A stretch of 64,000 bases of DNA from Alphaproteobacteria bacterium. Its GTDB lineage: Bacteria; Pseudomonadota; Alphaproteobacteria; GCA-2731375. The stretch lies in the NCBI GenBank assembly GCA_965232515.1, contig CBDDPY010000002.1, forward strand, positions 7,104,001 through 7,168,000, written 5' to 3'. Below the pieces are notes generated by a model that saw nothing but the letters and a program-made list of their open reading frames with translations, had not been told where the DNA came from and searched no databases. Made by a program: the position numbers and the translations under genes. Below, piece by piece: positions 1-10,295 of the stretch; within the stretch, counting starts at the first letter, position 1, and every line of letters starts with the position of its first letter.

Positions 1-32
1 GTTCGACATCACAGCCCGCATGGGTATCCGCC

Positions 33-425
33 ATGATCAAGCGACTACTTCCACTGCTGTTTCTGCTGGTCTGGAGTGGGCCGGCGGGAACTCAGACGGC
101 CATAACAGGTCCGGGCGCCAACTCCTGCGATCTGTTCATGAACTTCTACGAGCAGGATCCGGAGACCCGTGAGTTGCTGTTTTTCGCCTGGGCGCAGGGC
201 TTCATGTCGGGCATGAATGTCGTCGCTCTCAAGCTCAAGGGCGAGGTCATCGACCTGCAGCCCGAGACCTACGATCCGAACCGGCAGATGATCTTCATCC
301 GAAACTTCTGTTTTTTGCACCGGGGCGAGTCCTACGCGGAGGCCGTCTTCGAGCTCATGACCGAGCTGCGGCATGCCGCCGGACCGCCGGCAAGCGGAAC
401 GCCGGCGCCGCCGACCGATCAGTAA
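33..425 (+). CDS. Small secreted two-Cys helical protein (HdeA/Rap1a-like pattern), function unknown
   Basis: Signal peptide MIKRLLPLLFLLVWSGPAG. Motif GPGANSC...WAQGFMSGMN...FC resembles the N-terminal domain of 13561..14169. Confidence 0.7.
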   Translation: MIKRLLPLLFLLVWSGPAGTQTAITGPGANSCDLFMNFYEQDPETRELLFFAWAQGFMSGMNVVALKLKGEVIDLQPETYDPNRQMIFIRNFCFLHRGESYAEAVFELMTELRHAAGPPASGTPAPPTDQ

Positions 426-1015
426 TCCGCGCGACCTGGCGTGCCGGCGGACGAGAACCAGCGTCCGGCTAATCGGTGACGCGGTTTGTGTATCCGCCAC
501 GACGTGACACGCGTCCAAGCAGGAACGTGCCATCAAACTGACAATCGCCATAGACCAGAAGGTGGCGTATTCGTCGCGATGCACGGCGTTATATAAAACG
601 CCATATGAAATGATCTTTCGCACGCGCGTCGAACCGGTTTCTCTATGCGCCGGGTTCGAACCTGGTCTTTGGACGCATCACGTCGCCGACGTCGCGTGCA
701 CACGGGTTATATGGAATGACATATGGATCGGCTGCCGGCGCCGGGCCGACCGGTGCGAGCGCGTTCGTCGACGACCACTGCTTGCCGTTCCGCTAAGGAC
801 ATTCACCTACGGTGTTCTGCCAATTTCGCCGCACCGCTTGCGGCATCTAGCATAGACCCTGTCGCCCCGCGCCCAGAAAAAGCCCGGCGGTTCCTGCCCG
901 CCGCGCTCGGCATCCTCTTTGCCGAGCCGCGGGCGTACCGTCGAGGCGAACCAGAACGGAACGCCGTGGTGAACAACGACAGTCGTCCCTTCCGCCATTC
1001 GGCCCGCAGATCGCT

Positions 1016-1031
1016 TGGCACGGAACGTGCT
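1016..1031 (+). promoter_or_regulatory. Sigma-54 -24/-12 promoter upstream of the activator gene
   Basis: TGGCACGGAACGTGCT, GG-N10-GC spacing. Confidence 0.65.
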
Positions 1032-1140
1032 TCAAATTCCATGGGAGCGGCTGTGTGCTGACGGACGGAAAGAGCAGGAATGGCCTGTCGGTCGTCGCGC
1101 CGTTCGTCGCTAGGATACTGGCGGCGACGGGCCGGGGCGG

Positions 1141-2532
<1,392 letters not shown>

Positions 2533-2557
2533 ATGGCGGTGGATCTGCAGCGCGTTG

Positions 2558-2574
2558 TGTCCGCTGGCGTTACA
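2558..2574 (-). promoter_or_regulatory. Putative activator binding site (UAS), copy 1
   Basis: Reverse complement TGTAACGCCAGCGGACA, 159 bp upstream of the promoter at 2717. Confidence 0.75.
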
Positions 2575-2716
2575 GTTTGGCGCGCGAATCCGCTGGCGGT
2601 GCGCTCTCCGGTCGGCGACGGGTACGACCGCCCGAGGCGTAATGGCGACGGACGTGAGCAGAGCGTTGCATGTTCGGCCGGGGTACGGGATCGGCGCCGC
2701 ATGGCGGTTGATCGCG

Positions 2717-2732
2717 TGGCATGCTTTTTGCT
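2717..2732 (+). promoter_or_regulatory. Sigma-54 promoter for fapC-like copy 1
   Basis: TGGCATGCTTTTTGCT. Confidence 0.85.
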
Positions 2733-2918
2733 GACGTGAGGTTAGCGACCTCTCCGTTTGCGGTCGCCGAGGGAGGTATGGGACAGACGCGTGGGACGAA
2801 CGTGGTTTGGGGCGAGACGGGTTCGCGTGCTCTGATGTCGACGCGTTAATAATTTGGTTAGATTCTGGTGTGCAGAAGAAATTGAGCCGAGGTCAAAAAC
2901 AAATCGAAACGTGGTGAA

Positions 2919-3752
2919 ATGGCTGAGTTTGGATTAGGTCGGCTGGCAATCACCGGCTTGTTGGTTGCGGGGCTCGCCATCGCGTCGTCGGCCGTTCGTG
3001 CCGACGATGACGATGATGAAGACGTCGATATCGATTTCGATTCCGACGTGTCGATCGACATCAATAAGTCGATATCCGTAACGGTCGACGTCAACATTAC
3101 CGGCGACATCGTGGTGAACGGCAGCGTCAACGTCTCCGAAACCGCCATGTCGCTGATCAACAACACCCAGGTCATCAATGACGGCCTGGTTACGCTCGCG
3201 GACTCGGACGCCGATTTCTCGAATACCGTCGTGCTCGGCACCGATGTGCTGGAATCGTCGAACGGCAACATCGGCGTCAACCTGTCGTCCGGCGCCAGCA
3301 TCCTGCAGGAAAACAGCGTGTCGCTGTCGACGTTGAGCGGCGGGCCCAGCACCTCGGCCGACGCCGAGTCGTTCAGCCTGCAGCAGAGCCTGAACAACAC
3401 GTTCAGCCCCGACAGCACCACGAACGACGTCGTCAATTCGGCGCAGCTGCTGGGCAACGTGCTGGCGGATGCCACCGGCAATATCGGCGTGAACATCGCC
3501 GTCGGCGCATTCCACGCGCAGGACAACTCGCTTGCTCTGGGTTCGGCCACCGGCAATACCGTGCTGGCGCAATCGTTGGCGAATACCGTGCAGGAAGTGT
3601 CGTTCGGCCGGACATTCCATGTCGACACCGTCAACAGCGTCACGCTCGGCGACAGCGTCCTGGCCGGCGCCAACGGCAATATCGGCCTCAACATCACGGC
3701 CGGCACCAATAACCTGCAGCGCAACACGCTGGTGATTTCTTCCGGCCAATAG
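2919..3752 (+). CDS. fapC: FapC-like functional amyloid subunit, divergent paralog 1
   Basis: Sec signal, acidic N-terminus DDDDDEDVDIDFD, three repeats GNIGVNLSSG..QEN, GNIGVNIAVGAFHAQDNSLAL and GNIGLNITAGTNNLQRNTLVI. Confidence 0.8.
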   Translation: MAEFGLGRLAITGLLVAGLAIASSAVRADDDDDEDVDIDFDSDVSIDINKSISVTVDVNITGDIVVNGSVNVSETAMSLINNTQVINDGLVTLADSDADFSNTVVLGTDVLESSNGNIGVNLSSGASILQENSVSLSTLSGGPSTSADAESFSLQQSLNNTFSPDSTTNDVVNSAQLLGNVLADATGNIGVNIAVGAFHAQDNSLALGSATGNTVLAQSLANTVQEVSFGRTFHVDTVNSVTLGDSVLAGANGNIGLNITAGTNNLQRNTLVISSGQ

Positions 3753-3790
3753 CCGCCGCGGCCACTTGGCCGACCCGATCAAACGAAATC

Positions 3791-3807
3791 TGTTCGCTGG
3801 CGTTACA
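3791..3807 (-). promoter_or_regulatory. Putative UAS, copy 2
   Basis: Reverse complement TGTAACGCCAGCGAACA, 156 bp upstream of the promoter at 3947. Confidence 0.75.
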
Positions 3808-3946
3808 CATTCCGCCGGCTTGGTGTCGCCGGATACGTCCATTGCCGAGCGGTTGGCCCGTCACGGGCCGTACCGGCCCAGGAAACGCCGCGCATAAACG
3901 GCCTCGATCGCGACGCCTCCGGTTCCGCCGCCGACGGAGCCAGGAC

Positions 3947-3962
3947 TGGCACGCTACTTGCT
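3947..3962 (+). promoter_or_regulatory. Sigma-54 promoter for the small gene-fapA-fapB unit
   Basis: TGGCACGCTACTTGCT. Confidence 0.88.
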
Positions 3963-3999
3963 GAAGTTTCTGCGTGGCATTGACGGCACCGATAGGCCG

Positions 4000-4383
4000 A
4001 TGACAACACTTCTCGTGAACTGGTTGCGCTTGCACCGCCAGCGACCGCAGCGGTGCGTTCTGCGGCGTGTCGGGCTCGGCCTCATCTGCGTCGCGGCGGT
4101 GCTGTCCATCCCGATTTCCGCCGCGGCCGATCCGCTGAAAATGGTTCTGCCGGCGGCCGCGCTTCAGGATGGCCAGATCGTTACGGATGCGGACGTCCTG
4201 TCCGGCATTCGCGGCCGCGGCGCCGAGGGGCCGGACGTTATGTCGGCGGGACCGGATCTCGCCGTCGTGCTGTGGGATGAACTCGAGCGTCCGACGCGCA
4301 ACGGTCAGTCCGGCTCCATCTATTCGCATTCCGCCGGCAATCAGAACATGCAGGCGTCCACGCTGTCGGCGACGCGGTACTGA
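4000..4383 (+). CDS. Small secreted Fap-associated protein
   Basis: The track start (3958) lies inside the promoter, so the in-frame ATG at 4000 is used. Hydrophobic signal, DADVLSGIRGRG, AVVLWDE and C-terminal SAGNQNMQASTL. Confidence 0.7.
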   Translation: MTTLLVNWLRLHRQRPQRCVLRRVGLGLICVAAVLSIPISAAADPLKMVLPAAALQDGQIVTDADVLSGIRGRGAEGPDVMSAGPDLAVVLWDELERPTRNGQSGSIYSHSAGNQNMQASTLSATRY

Positions 4384-4386
4384 GCC

Positions 4387-4908
4387 GTGCGGGTTCGCGC
4401 CAAACCGACGGCCGCCTGGACGACGTTCTGGCTCGGATTGTCGGCATGTGTGATCTCGGTCGCGGCGCCGGCGCCGATGGTGCTGGCGGCGGACGGAAAG
4501 ATCGTCGTTATTCGCCAGGTGCCGCCCCGGCCCGCCTACCGGCAGGGGCCGCCGGGTCCCGCGGTCGAGGTCAGCACGACCCCACGCATCGATCTCTCGG
4601 CGACAGGGCGGATCAGTCCGACCGTGCTCGACGCCGTGCCGAACGCCGAGATCATCAGCGATGGTGAAGCCGCGGCCATTGCCGGCGGCGCCGCGCCGCT
4701 GCAGCCGCAGCCGTCGTCAGGCGGCCTGACCGGTCTCGCGGCCGGGGAGGGCGCGCGGCGGACCGGCGGGACCGATGTCCGCGGGCAGTTCGGCGCGCTG
4801 CAGTCGCTTGGGACAATTCCGACACAGGTCGGCGCCGCCGGCCGGTCGGTCAGCCGCGCGACATCCGGCCTGAGCAACACCGTTCGCCGGGCCCTCGGGC
4901 AGCAATAG
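4387..4908 (+). CDS. fapA: FapA-like periplasmic accessory protein
   Basis: Signal peptide, then DGKIVVIRQVPPRPAYR resembling the FapA N-terminus, and a Gly/Ser-rich tail. Lies directly upstream of fapB. Confidence 0.7.
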   Translation: MRVRAKPTAAWTTFWLGLSACVISVAAPAPMVLAADGKIVVIRQVPPRPAYRQGPPGPAVEVSTTPRIDLSATGRISPTVLDAVPNAEIISDGEAAAIAGGAAPLQPQPSSGGLTGLAAGEGARRTGGTDVRGQFGALQSLGTIPTQVGAAGRSVSRATSGLSNTVRRALGQQ

Positions 4909-4926
4909 TCAGGAACGCCGATAATC

Positions 4927-5526
4927 ATGATGACAAGCCGACAGACGTGCCTTGCGGGCCTGTTGCTTTCGGCGGTTCTGGCCGCCTTACCGGCGCGGGC
5001 ACAGGAAGTCGTCACGCAATCGACGATCAACGACGATGCGCTGCGGGACATCGCCGGCGTCGCTCTGATCAACCAAAGCGCCGGCGACGGCAATCAGCAG
5101 CTCAACAGCGCGGCGCTGGCGGTAAACGCCACGGGCCTGGCGGTCGCGTTTACGGCGGGCGCGCAGCATACCGATCCGGCGCCGACCGACGTGGAGCTCG
5201 ACGCTTTCGCCGTGATCGATGACGACGCTTTTGCCAACGCGCGGGGTCTGGTCTCGGTCAGCCAGGCCAGCGGCATCGGCAACCAGCAGATCAACTTCGC
5301 CTCGCTCGCCGTCGGTGTCGACGTCAGCGTGCTGGCCGAAGCCGAGCTCAGCCAGAGCCGCACCGGCGATCCGCCGCCGGCCGATGCGGAACCCGAGGGC
5401 GCGCGGCTGACCCACATTGACGATCGCGCGTTCCTGGATGCCTCGGGCGTTATTCAGGTCAACCAGGTCGCCGGCGTGTCGAACAACACCTTCAACCGCT
5501 TCGCGTTGACGATGTCGGCAAATTAG
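4927..5526 (+). CDS. fapB: FapB-like amyloid nucleator (minor subunit)
   Basis: Three repeats INQSAGDGNQQLN, VSQASGIGNQQIN and VNQVAGVSNNTFN, each preceded by I(N/D)D.A(L/F). Confidence 0.85.
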   Translation: MMTSRQTCLAGLLLSAVLAALPARAQEVVTQSTINDDALRDIAGVALINQSAGDGNQQLNSAALAVNATGLAVAFTAGAQHTDPAPTDVELDAFAVIDDDAFANARGLVSVSQASGIGNQQINFASLAVGVDVSVLAEAELSQSRTGDPPPADAEPEGARLTHIDDRAFLDASGVIQVNQVAGVSNNTFNRFALTMSAN

Positions 5527-5541
5527 CTCGCACAGGGATAT

Positions 5542-5558
5542 TGTCCGCAGGCGTTACA
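5542..5558 (-). promoter_or_regulatory. Putative UAS, copy 3
   Basis: Reverse complement TGTAACGCCTGCGGACA, 164 bp upstream of the promoter at 5706. Confidence 0.75.
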
Positions 5559-5705
5559 GTTATCGAACGCCAACCGTCCGCCAACGGATCCATCGCCATC
5601 TGGAAACCGAAAGCCGCCCAAACGCTGGACTGAAGTCCCGATCGTCCAGATTCCCGGGGCATCGACGACAGGCGCGACCCTTCTGTCCGACAAGCGCAAT
5701 TGGTT

Positions 5706-5721
5706 TGGCACAGGAATTGCT
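5706..5721 (+). promoter_or_regulatory. Sigma-54 promoter, fapC copy 2
   Basis: TGGCACAGGAATTGCT. Confidence 0.9.
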
Positions 5722-5819
5722 TCAATGCTCTTGAACGGTGCGCCGAGGACCATAACGGCGCCGAAATCGAAAGACCGTGCTCGACACGGCATGACCTGTA
5801 ACGACAGGAGGTCCAGACG

Positions 5820-6659
5820 ATGGCAGTCAGATACGGCCTGGCGGTGGTGGCGGGAATTTTCGTCGCCGCCTGGATTGCGGGTCCGGCCGTCGCGCAAGGC
5901 GTGACCCTGACGAAGACCTACGATGAAGACATCAATGTCGAATACGACAATACGGTCGATGTGGACATCGCCAAGGACATCGATGTCTCGAAGGACATCG
6001 ACTACAACGGCGTCGTGAACATCACCGGCAACATCAATGTGTCGGAATCGGCGGTGTCGGTGATCGACAACAAGCAGATCATCGACGACGGCTTCGTCAG
6101 CGTGACCGGCAGCGACGCGACGCTCAGCAACGTCGCCATCATCGACGGCACGGTGCTCGGCGGCGCCGGCGGTAACATCGCCGTCAACCTGACGGTCGGC
6201 GACAACAACCTGCAGGAAAACGTTGGCATCCTGTCGGCGATCGGCGCCACCACGACGGAAGGCGCGGCCGACGCCGAATCCTTCAATCTGCAGAAGAGCA
6301 TCAACAACGACTTCTCCGCCAGCTCCGACGCCGAGGTCTTCAACAACACCCAGATGCTCGGCTCGGTTCTGGCCGGCGCGGCCGGTAATGTCGCGCTCAA
6401 CGCGGCGACGGGTGCCTATAACGGCCAGAAGAACGCGCTGGCGATCGCCGCGGTGAGCGGGGCGGCGACGCTGTCCGAAGCGACGGCGGCGATCCTGCAG
6501 GAGGTCACCTTCAACTCCACGGTTCACAACAACACCGCCAATCAGGTCACCCTGCAGGACAGCGTCGCCAACGCGGCGACCGGCAATATCGGGCTCAACC
6601 TGGCGGCCGGCACCAATAATCTGCAACAAAACACGCTGGCCATCTCGTCCGTGCAGTAG
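5820..6659 (+). CDS. fapC: FapC-like major amyloid subunit, paralog 2
   Basis: RBS AGGAGG, Sec signal, three GN(I/V)x(V/L)N...G..N.Q.N repeats, Asn/Ala/Gly-rich, no Cys. Confidence 0.85.
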   Translation: MAVRYGLAVVAGIFVAAWIAGPAVAQGVTLTKTYDEDINVEYDNTVDVDIAKDIDVSKDIDYNGVVNITGNINVSESAVSVIDNKQIIDDGFVSVTGSDATLSNVAIIDGTVLGGAGGNIAVNLTVGDNNLQENVGILSAIGATTTEGAADAESFNLQKSINNDFSASSDAEVFNNTQMLGSVLAGAAGNVALNAATGAYNGQKNALAIAAVSGAATLSEATAAILQEVTFNSTVHNNTANQVTLQDSVANAATGNIGLNLAAGTNNLQQNTLAISSVQ

Positions 6660-6687
6660 CGTCCCCCAAACGCTCCAAACGACATCG

Positions 6688-6716
6688 GGCCCGGCAATCG
6701 CGCCGGGCCGTTTTTT
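6688..6716 (+). terminator. Rho-independent terminator after fapC copy 2
   Basis: GGCCCGGC-AATCGC-GCCGGGCC followed by GTTTTTT. Confidence 0.85.
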
Positions 6717-6782
6717 GTCCGCGGGCATTGGCGGTCGTCTGGCCGCAAACGGTCATCGCGTAAACGACATCGACTGTTCGAC

Positions 6783-6799
6783 TGTAACGGCAGCGGACA
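6783..6799 (+). promoter_or_regulatory. Putative UAS, copy 4
   Basis: TGTAACGGCAGCGGACA, 83 bp upstream of the promoter at 6866. Confidence 0.78.
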
Positions 6800-6865
6800 G
6801 AACGCCGGCCGCGCGATAGCCACGTCTTCCACCAGAACCGTGGGTCAGCCGGGCGTTCGATCGAC

Positions 6866-6881
6866 TGGCATGACGCTTGCT
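6866..6881 (+). promoter_or_regulatory. Sigma-54 promoter, fapC copy 3
   Basis: TGGCATGACGCTTGCT. Confidence 0.88.
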
Positions 6882-6990
6882 TTGTAGATCCGTGAGGCAG
6901 GAAGCCATGACGTCGGCGGCGTGCGCGTCGAAGACCTCCGTTCCTGTCGGTCCATCCCAGTCTTATCCGTAACCGTGGGAGGTTCAGAGC

Positions 6991-7830
6991 ATGAAACTAG
7001 GACTGAGTACGCTGGCGGGCATTGCCGTCGCCGCCCTGATCGCGGGTCCGGCTTTCGCGCAATCGACCAGCGTCAGCTTGACCAAGACCTATGACGAGGA
7101 CGTCGACGTCGAATACGACAACACCGTTGATGTCGACATCGCCAAGGACATCGATGTCTCCAAGGACATGGACTACAACGGCGTGGTGAACATTACCGGC
7201 AACATCGACGTCTCCGAAGCCGCGATGTCCGTTGTCGACAACAAGCAGATCGTCGATGACAACATTGTCTCGGTAACGGGCACCGACGCGACGATTAGCA
7301 ATGTCGCCCTGATCGACGGCACCGTGCTCGGCGGCGCCGGCGGCAATATCGGCGTCAACGTCGCGGTCGGCGACAACCTGCTGCAGGAGAACGTGGCGGT
7401 TCTGTCGGCGATCGGCGGCACGGCGGCGGCCGGCTCGGCCGATGCCGAGGCCTTCAGCGTGCAGAAGGGCGTCAACAACAGCGTGTCCGGCAGCTCGGAC
7501 GCCGAAGTCTTCAACAACACGCAACTGCTTGGTGACGTGCTCGCGCTCGCGACCGGCAATGTCGGCCTGAACGCGGCAACCGGCGCCTACAACGGCCAGA
7601 AGAATGCACTGGCCATCGCGGCGGTGACCGGGTCGGCGACCCTGTCGGAAGCCACGGCGGCCGTGTTGCAGGAGAGCACCTTCAACTCGACCTCGCACAA
7701 CGACACCGCCAACTCGGTGTCGCTGGGCGACAACGTCGCCAACGGCGCGACGGGCAATATCGGTCTCAACCTGACCGCAGGCGCCAACAATCTGCAGCAG
7801 AACACGCTGGCGATTTCGTCCGTCAACTAA
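6991..7830 (+). CDS. fapC: FapC-like major amyloid subunit, paralog 3
   Basis: RBS GGGAGG, Sec signal, three Fap repeats. Confidence 0.85.
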   Translation: MKLGLSTLAGIAVAALIAGPAFAQSTSVSLTKTYDEDVDVEYDNTVDVDIAKDIDVSKDMDYNGVVNITGNIDVSEAAMSVVDNKQIVDDNIVSVTGTDATISNVALIDGTVLGGAGGNIGVNVAVGDNLLQENVAVLSAIGGTAAAGSADAEAFSVQKGVNNSVSGSSDAEVFNNTQLLGDVLALATGNVGLNAATGAYNGQKNALAIAAVTGSATLSEATAAVLQESTFNSTSHNDTANSVSLGDNVANGATGNIGLNLTAGANNLQQNTLAISSVN

Positions 7831-7850
7831 TCGTTCTGCAAGCCTGATCG

Positions 7851-7888
7851 AAGGGCTCCGGCTTCACGGCCGGGGCCCTTTTCTTTTT
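7851..7888 (+). terminator. Rho-independent terminator after fapC copy 3
   Basis: AAGGGCTCCGGC-TTCACG-GCCGGGGCCCTT followed by TTCTTTTT. Confidence 0.88.
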
Positions 7889-7963
7889 GTCGACCGGTCG
7901 CCCAAAGGCAATCTTTTCGCACGCCGCATCCGCCAGGCAGCAAGCGAGAAACAAGGCGTCCGC

Positions 7964-7980
7964 TGTAACGCGACCGGACA
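7964..7980 (+). promoter_or_regulatory. Putative UAS, copy 5
   Basis: TGTAACGCGACCGGACA, 83 bp upstream of the promoter at 8047. Confidence 0.78.
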
Positions 7981-8046
7981 GAAACGCTTGGGCCAACCGG
8001 CGCGCGCGAAGCGGAATTTTCCATTCAAAACAGAAGACTAGGTTGC

Positions 8047-8062
8047 TGGCATGGGAATTGCT
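8047..8062 (+). promoter_or_regulatory. Sigma-54 promoter, fapC copy 4
   Basis: TGGCATGGGAATTGCT. Confidence 0.9.
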
Positions 8063-8153
8063 TTGACGTAGTTGAGGCAGGATCAAACGCGTCGATGACC
8101 GTCACTCCTGTCGGTACCACAAACCGTTCCTGTAACCGTGGGAGGTTCACACC

Positions 8154-9008
8154 ATGAAACTAGGACTGAGTACATTGGCGCTGGCAGGCGTCGCCGTAGC
8201 CGCATTGATCGCGGGTCCGGTATTCGCGCAAACGGTCACGACGAGCGTCAGCCTGTCGAAGACGTATGACGAAGACGTCGACGTCAACTACGACAACACC
8301 GTCGATGTCGACATCGCCAAGGATATCGATGTCTCCAAGGACATGGACTACAACGGCGTGGTGAACATCACCGGCAACATCAACGTGTCGGAAGCCGCGA
8401 TGTCCACCGTCGACAACAAGCAAATCGTCGACGACAACATCGTTGATGTGCTTGGCAGCGATGCGACGCTCAGCAACGTCGCGCTGATCGACGGCACCGT
8501 GCTCGGTGGCGCCGGCGGCAACATTGGCGTCAACGTCGCGGTCGGCGACAACCTGCTGCAGGAAAATGTGGCCGTGTTGTCGGCGATTGGTGGAACGGCA
8601 GCGGCCGGCTCGGCCGACGCCGAGGCCTTCAGCGTCCAGAAGAGCATCAACAACGAGTTTGATGACGGCGTTGAGGACGCGGAAGTCTTCAACAACACGC
8701 AGCTGATCGGCGCGGTGCTGGCGGGCGCGACGGGTAACGTCGGCCTGAACGCGGCGACCGGTGCCTACAACGGTCAGAAGAATGCGTTGGCTATCGCCGC
8801 GGTGACCGGCTCGGCCACCCTGTCCGAGGCCACGGCAGCGATCCTGCAGGAGAGCACCTTCAACGACACCTCACACACCGACACGGCGAACGAGGTCAAG
8901 TTGCAGGACAGCGTCGCGAACCTGGCGACCGGCAACATCGGTATCAACCTGACCGCCGGCACTAACAATCTGCAGCAGAACACGCTGGCGATTTCGTCCG
9001 TTAACTAA
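8154..9008 (+). CDS. fapC: FapC-like major amyloid subunit, paralog 4
   Basis: RBS GGGAGG, Sec signal, three Fap repeats. Confidence 0.85.
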   Translation: MKLGLSTLALAGVAVAALIAGPVFAQTVTTSVSLSKTYDEDVDVNYDNTVDVDIAKDIDVSKDMDYNGVVNITGNINVSEAAMSTVDNKQIVDDNIVDVLGSDATLSNVALIDGTVLGGAGGNIGVNVAVGDNLLQENVAVLSAIGGTAAAGSADAEAFSVQKSINNEFDDGVEDAEVFNNTQLIGAVLAGATGNVGLNAATGAYNGQKNALAIAAVTGSATLSEATAAILQESTFNDTSHTDTANEVKLQDSVANLATGNIGINLTAGTNNLQQNTLAISSVN

Positions 9009-9027
9009 CCCCTCTGCCCTTACCCCC

Positions 9028-9063
9028 AAGGGTCTCGGCCATTGGGCCGGGACCCTTTTTTTT
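9028..9063 (+). terminator. Rho-independent terminator after fapC copy 4
   Basis: AAGGGTCTCGGCC-ATTG-GGCCGGGACCCTT followed by a T-run. Confidence 0.9.
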
Positions 9064-9084
9064 GGTTTTGAACGTGTCGTCCGC

Positions 9085-9101
9085 TGTAACGCGACCGGAC
9101 A
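9085..9101 (+). promoter_or_regulatory. Putative UAS, copy 6
   Basis: TGTAACGCGACCGGACA, 83 bp upstream of the promoter at 9168. Confidence 0.78.
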
Positions 9102-9167
9102 GAATGTCCGTCGAAGCGTGCGGCTCCAAATCGCGAAACTGCCATTGTCGGCAGCCACTTAAACCGC

Positions 9168-9183
9168 TGGCACGGGAATTGCT
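9168..9183 (+). promoter_or_regulatory. Sigma-54 promoter, fapC copy 5
   Basis: TGGCACGGGAATTGCT. Confidence 0.9.
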
Positions 9184-9291
9184 TCGTTGAGGTTGAGGCA
9201 GGACCCCGAAGTGACGGCGCCTCCTGCGTCGGGCGCTTTGCCCCTGTCCCTCCGTGTCACGTAATTTCGGCAACTACGGGAGGTTCCAATA

Positions 9292-10134
9292 ATGAAGCTC
9301 AAACACGGTGTGATGGCGCTGGCGGGCGCTGCCGTAGCCGCCCTGATCGCGGGTCCGGCCTTCGCGCAATCGACCGCCGTCAGCTTGACCAAGACCTACG
9401 ACGAGGACGTCAACGTCGAGTACGACAACACCGTTGATGTCGACATCGCCAAGGACATCGATGTCTCCAAGGACATGGATTACAACGGCGTGGTCAACAT
9501 CACCGGCAACATCAACGTATCCGAAGCCGCGATGTCGGTCGTCGACAACAAGCAGATCGTCGACGACAACTTCGTTGACGTGACGGGAAGCGACGCGACC
9601 TTGAACAATGTCGCGCTGATCGACGGCACCGTGCTCGGTGGCGCCGGCGGCAACATCGGCGTCAACGTCGCGGTCGGCGACAGCCAGCTGCAGGAGAATG
9701 TGGCTGTTCTGTCGGCGATCGGCGGCACGGCGGCGGCCGGCTCGGCCGACGCGGAAGCCTTCAGCGTCCAGAAGAGCATCAACAACGAGTTCGACGGCGA
9801 AGAAGGCGAGGTGTTCAACAATACCCAGCTGCTGGGTGACGTGCTCGCGGCCGCGACCGGCAATGTCGGCCTGAACGCGGCGACCGGCGCCTACAACGGC
9901 CAGAAGAACGCGTTGGCCATCGCGGCGGTGACCGGCTCGGCAACCCTGTCCGAGGCCACGGCGGCGATCCTGCAGGAGAGCACGTTCAACGACACGCTCC
10001 ACAACGACACGGCCAACGAGGTCAAGCTGCAGGGCAACGTCGCGAATACGGCGACCGGCAACATCGGCCTCAACCTGACGGCCGGCACCAACAATCTGCA
10101 GCAGAACACGTTGGCGATTTCGTCCGTCAACTAG
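9292..10134 (+). CDS. fapC: FapC-like major amyloid subunit, paralog 5
   Basis: RBS GGGAGG, Sec signal, three Fap repeats. Confidence 0.85.
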   Translation: MKLKHGVMALAGAAVAALIAGPAFAQSTAVSLTKTYDEDVNVEYDNTVDVDIAKDIDVSKDMDYNGVVNITGNINVSEAAMSVVDNKQIVDDNFVDVTGSDATLNNVALIDGTVLGGAGGNIGVNVAVGDSQLQENVAVLSAIGGTAAAGSADAEAFSVQKSINNEFDGEEGEVFNNTQLLGDVLAAATGNVGLNAATGAYNGQKNALAIAAVTGSATLSEATAAILQESTFNDTLHNDTANEVKLQGNVANTATGNIGLNLTAGTNNLQQNTLAISSVN

Positions 10135-10154
10135 CCGAGCTGCATCCATCTTCC

Positions 10155-10188
10155 AGGGTCCCGGCCGCTGTGTCGGGGCCCTTTTTTT
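10155..10188 (+). terminator. Rho-independent terminator after fapC copy 5
   Basis: AGGGTCCCGGC-CGCTGT-GTCGGGGCCCT followed by TTTTTT. Confidence 0.85.
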
Positions 10189-10198
10189 GTTCGCCCGG

Positions 10199-10215
10199 TG
10201 TAACGCCAGCGGACA
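10199..10215 (+). promoter_or_regulatory. Putative UAS, copy 7
   Basis: TGTAACGCCAGCGGACA, 81 bp upstream of the promoter at 10280. Confidence 0.78.
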
Positions 10216-10279
10216 ACCGGATTGCCTTTCGCTTGGCCGCGTCGTCCGCAAAGTCCCACGGATGCGGGGCACTCCCGCT

Positions 10280-10295
10280 TGGCATGGGAGTTGCT
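10280..10295 (+). promoter_or_regulatory. Sigma-54 promoter, fapC copy 6
   Basis: TGGCATGGGAGTTGCT. Confidence 0.88.

Noticed and set aside
518-532. Sigma-54-like TGGCACGTTCCTGCT on the minus strand
   Set aside because: Spacing is GG-N9-GC rather than N10, and no credible minus-strand gene follows.
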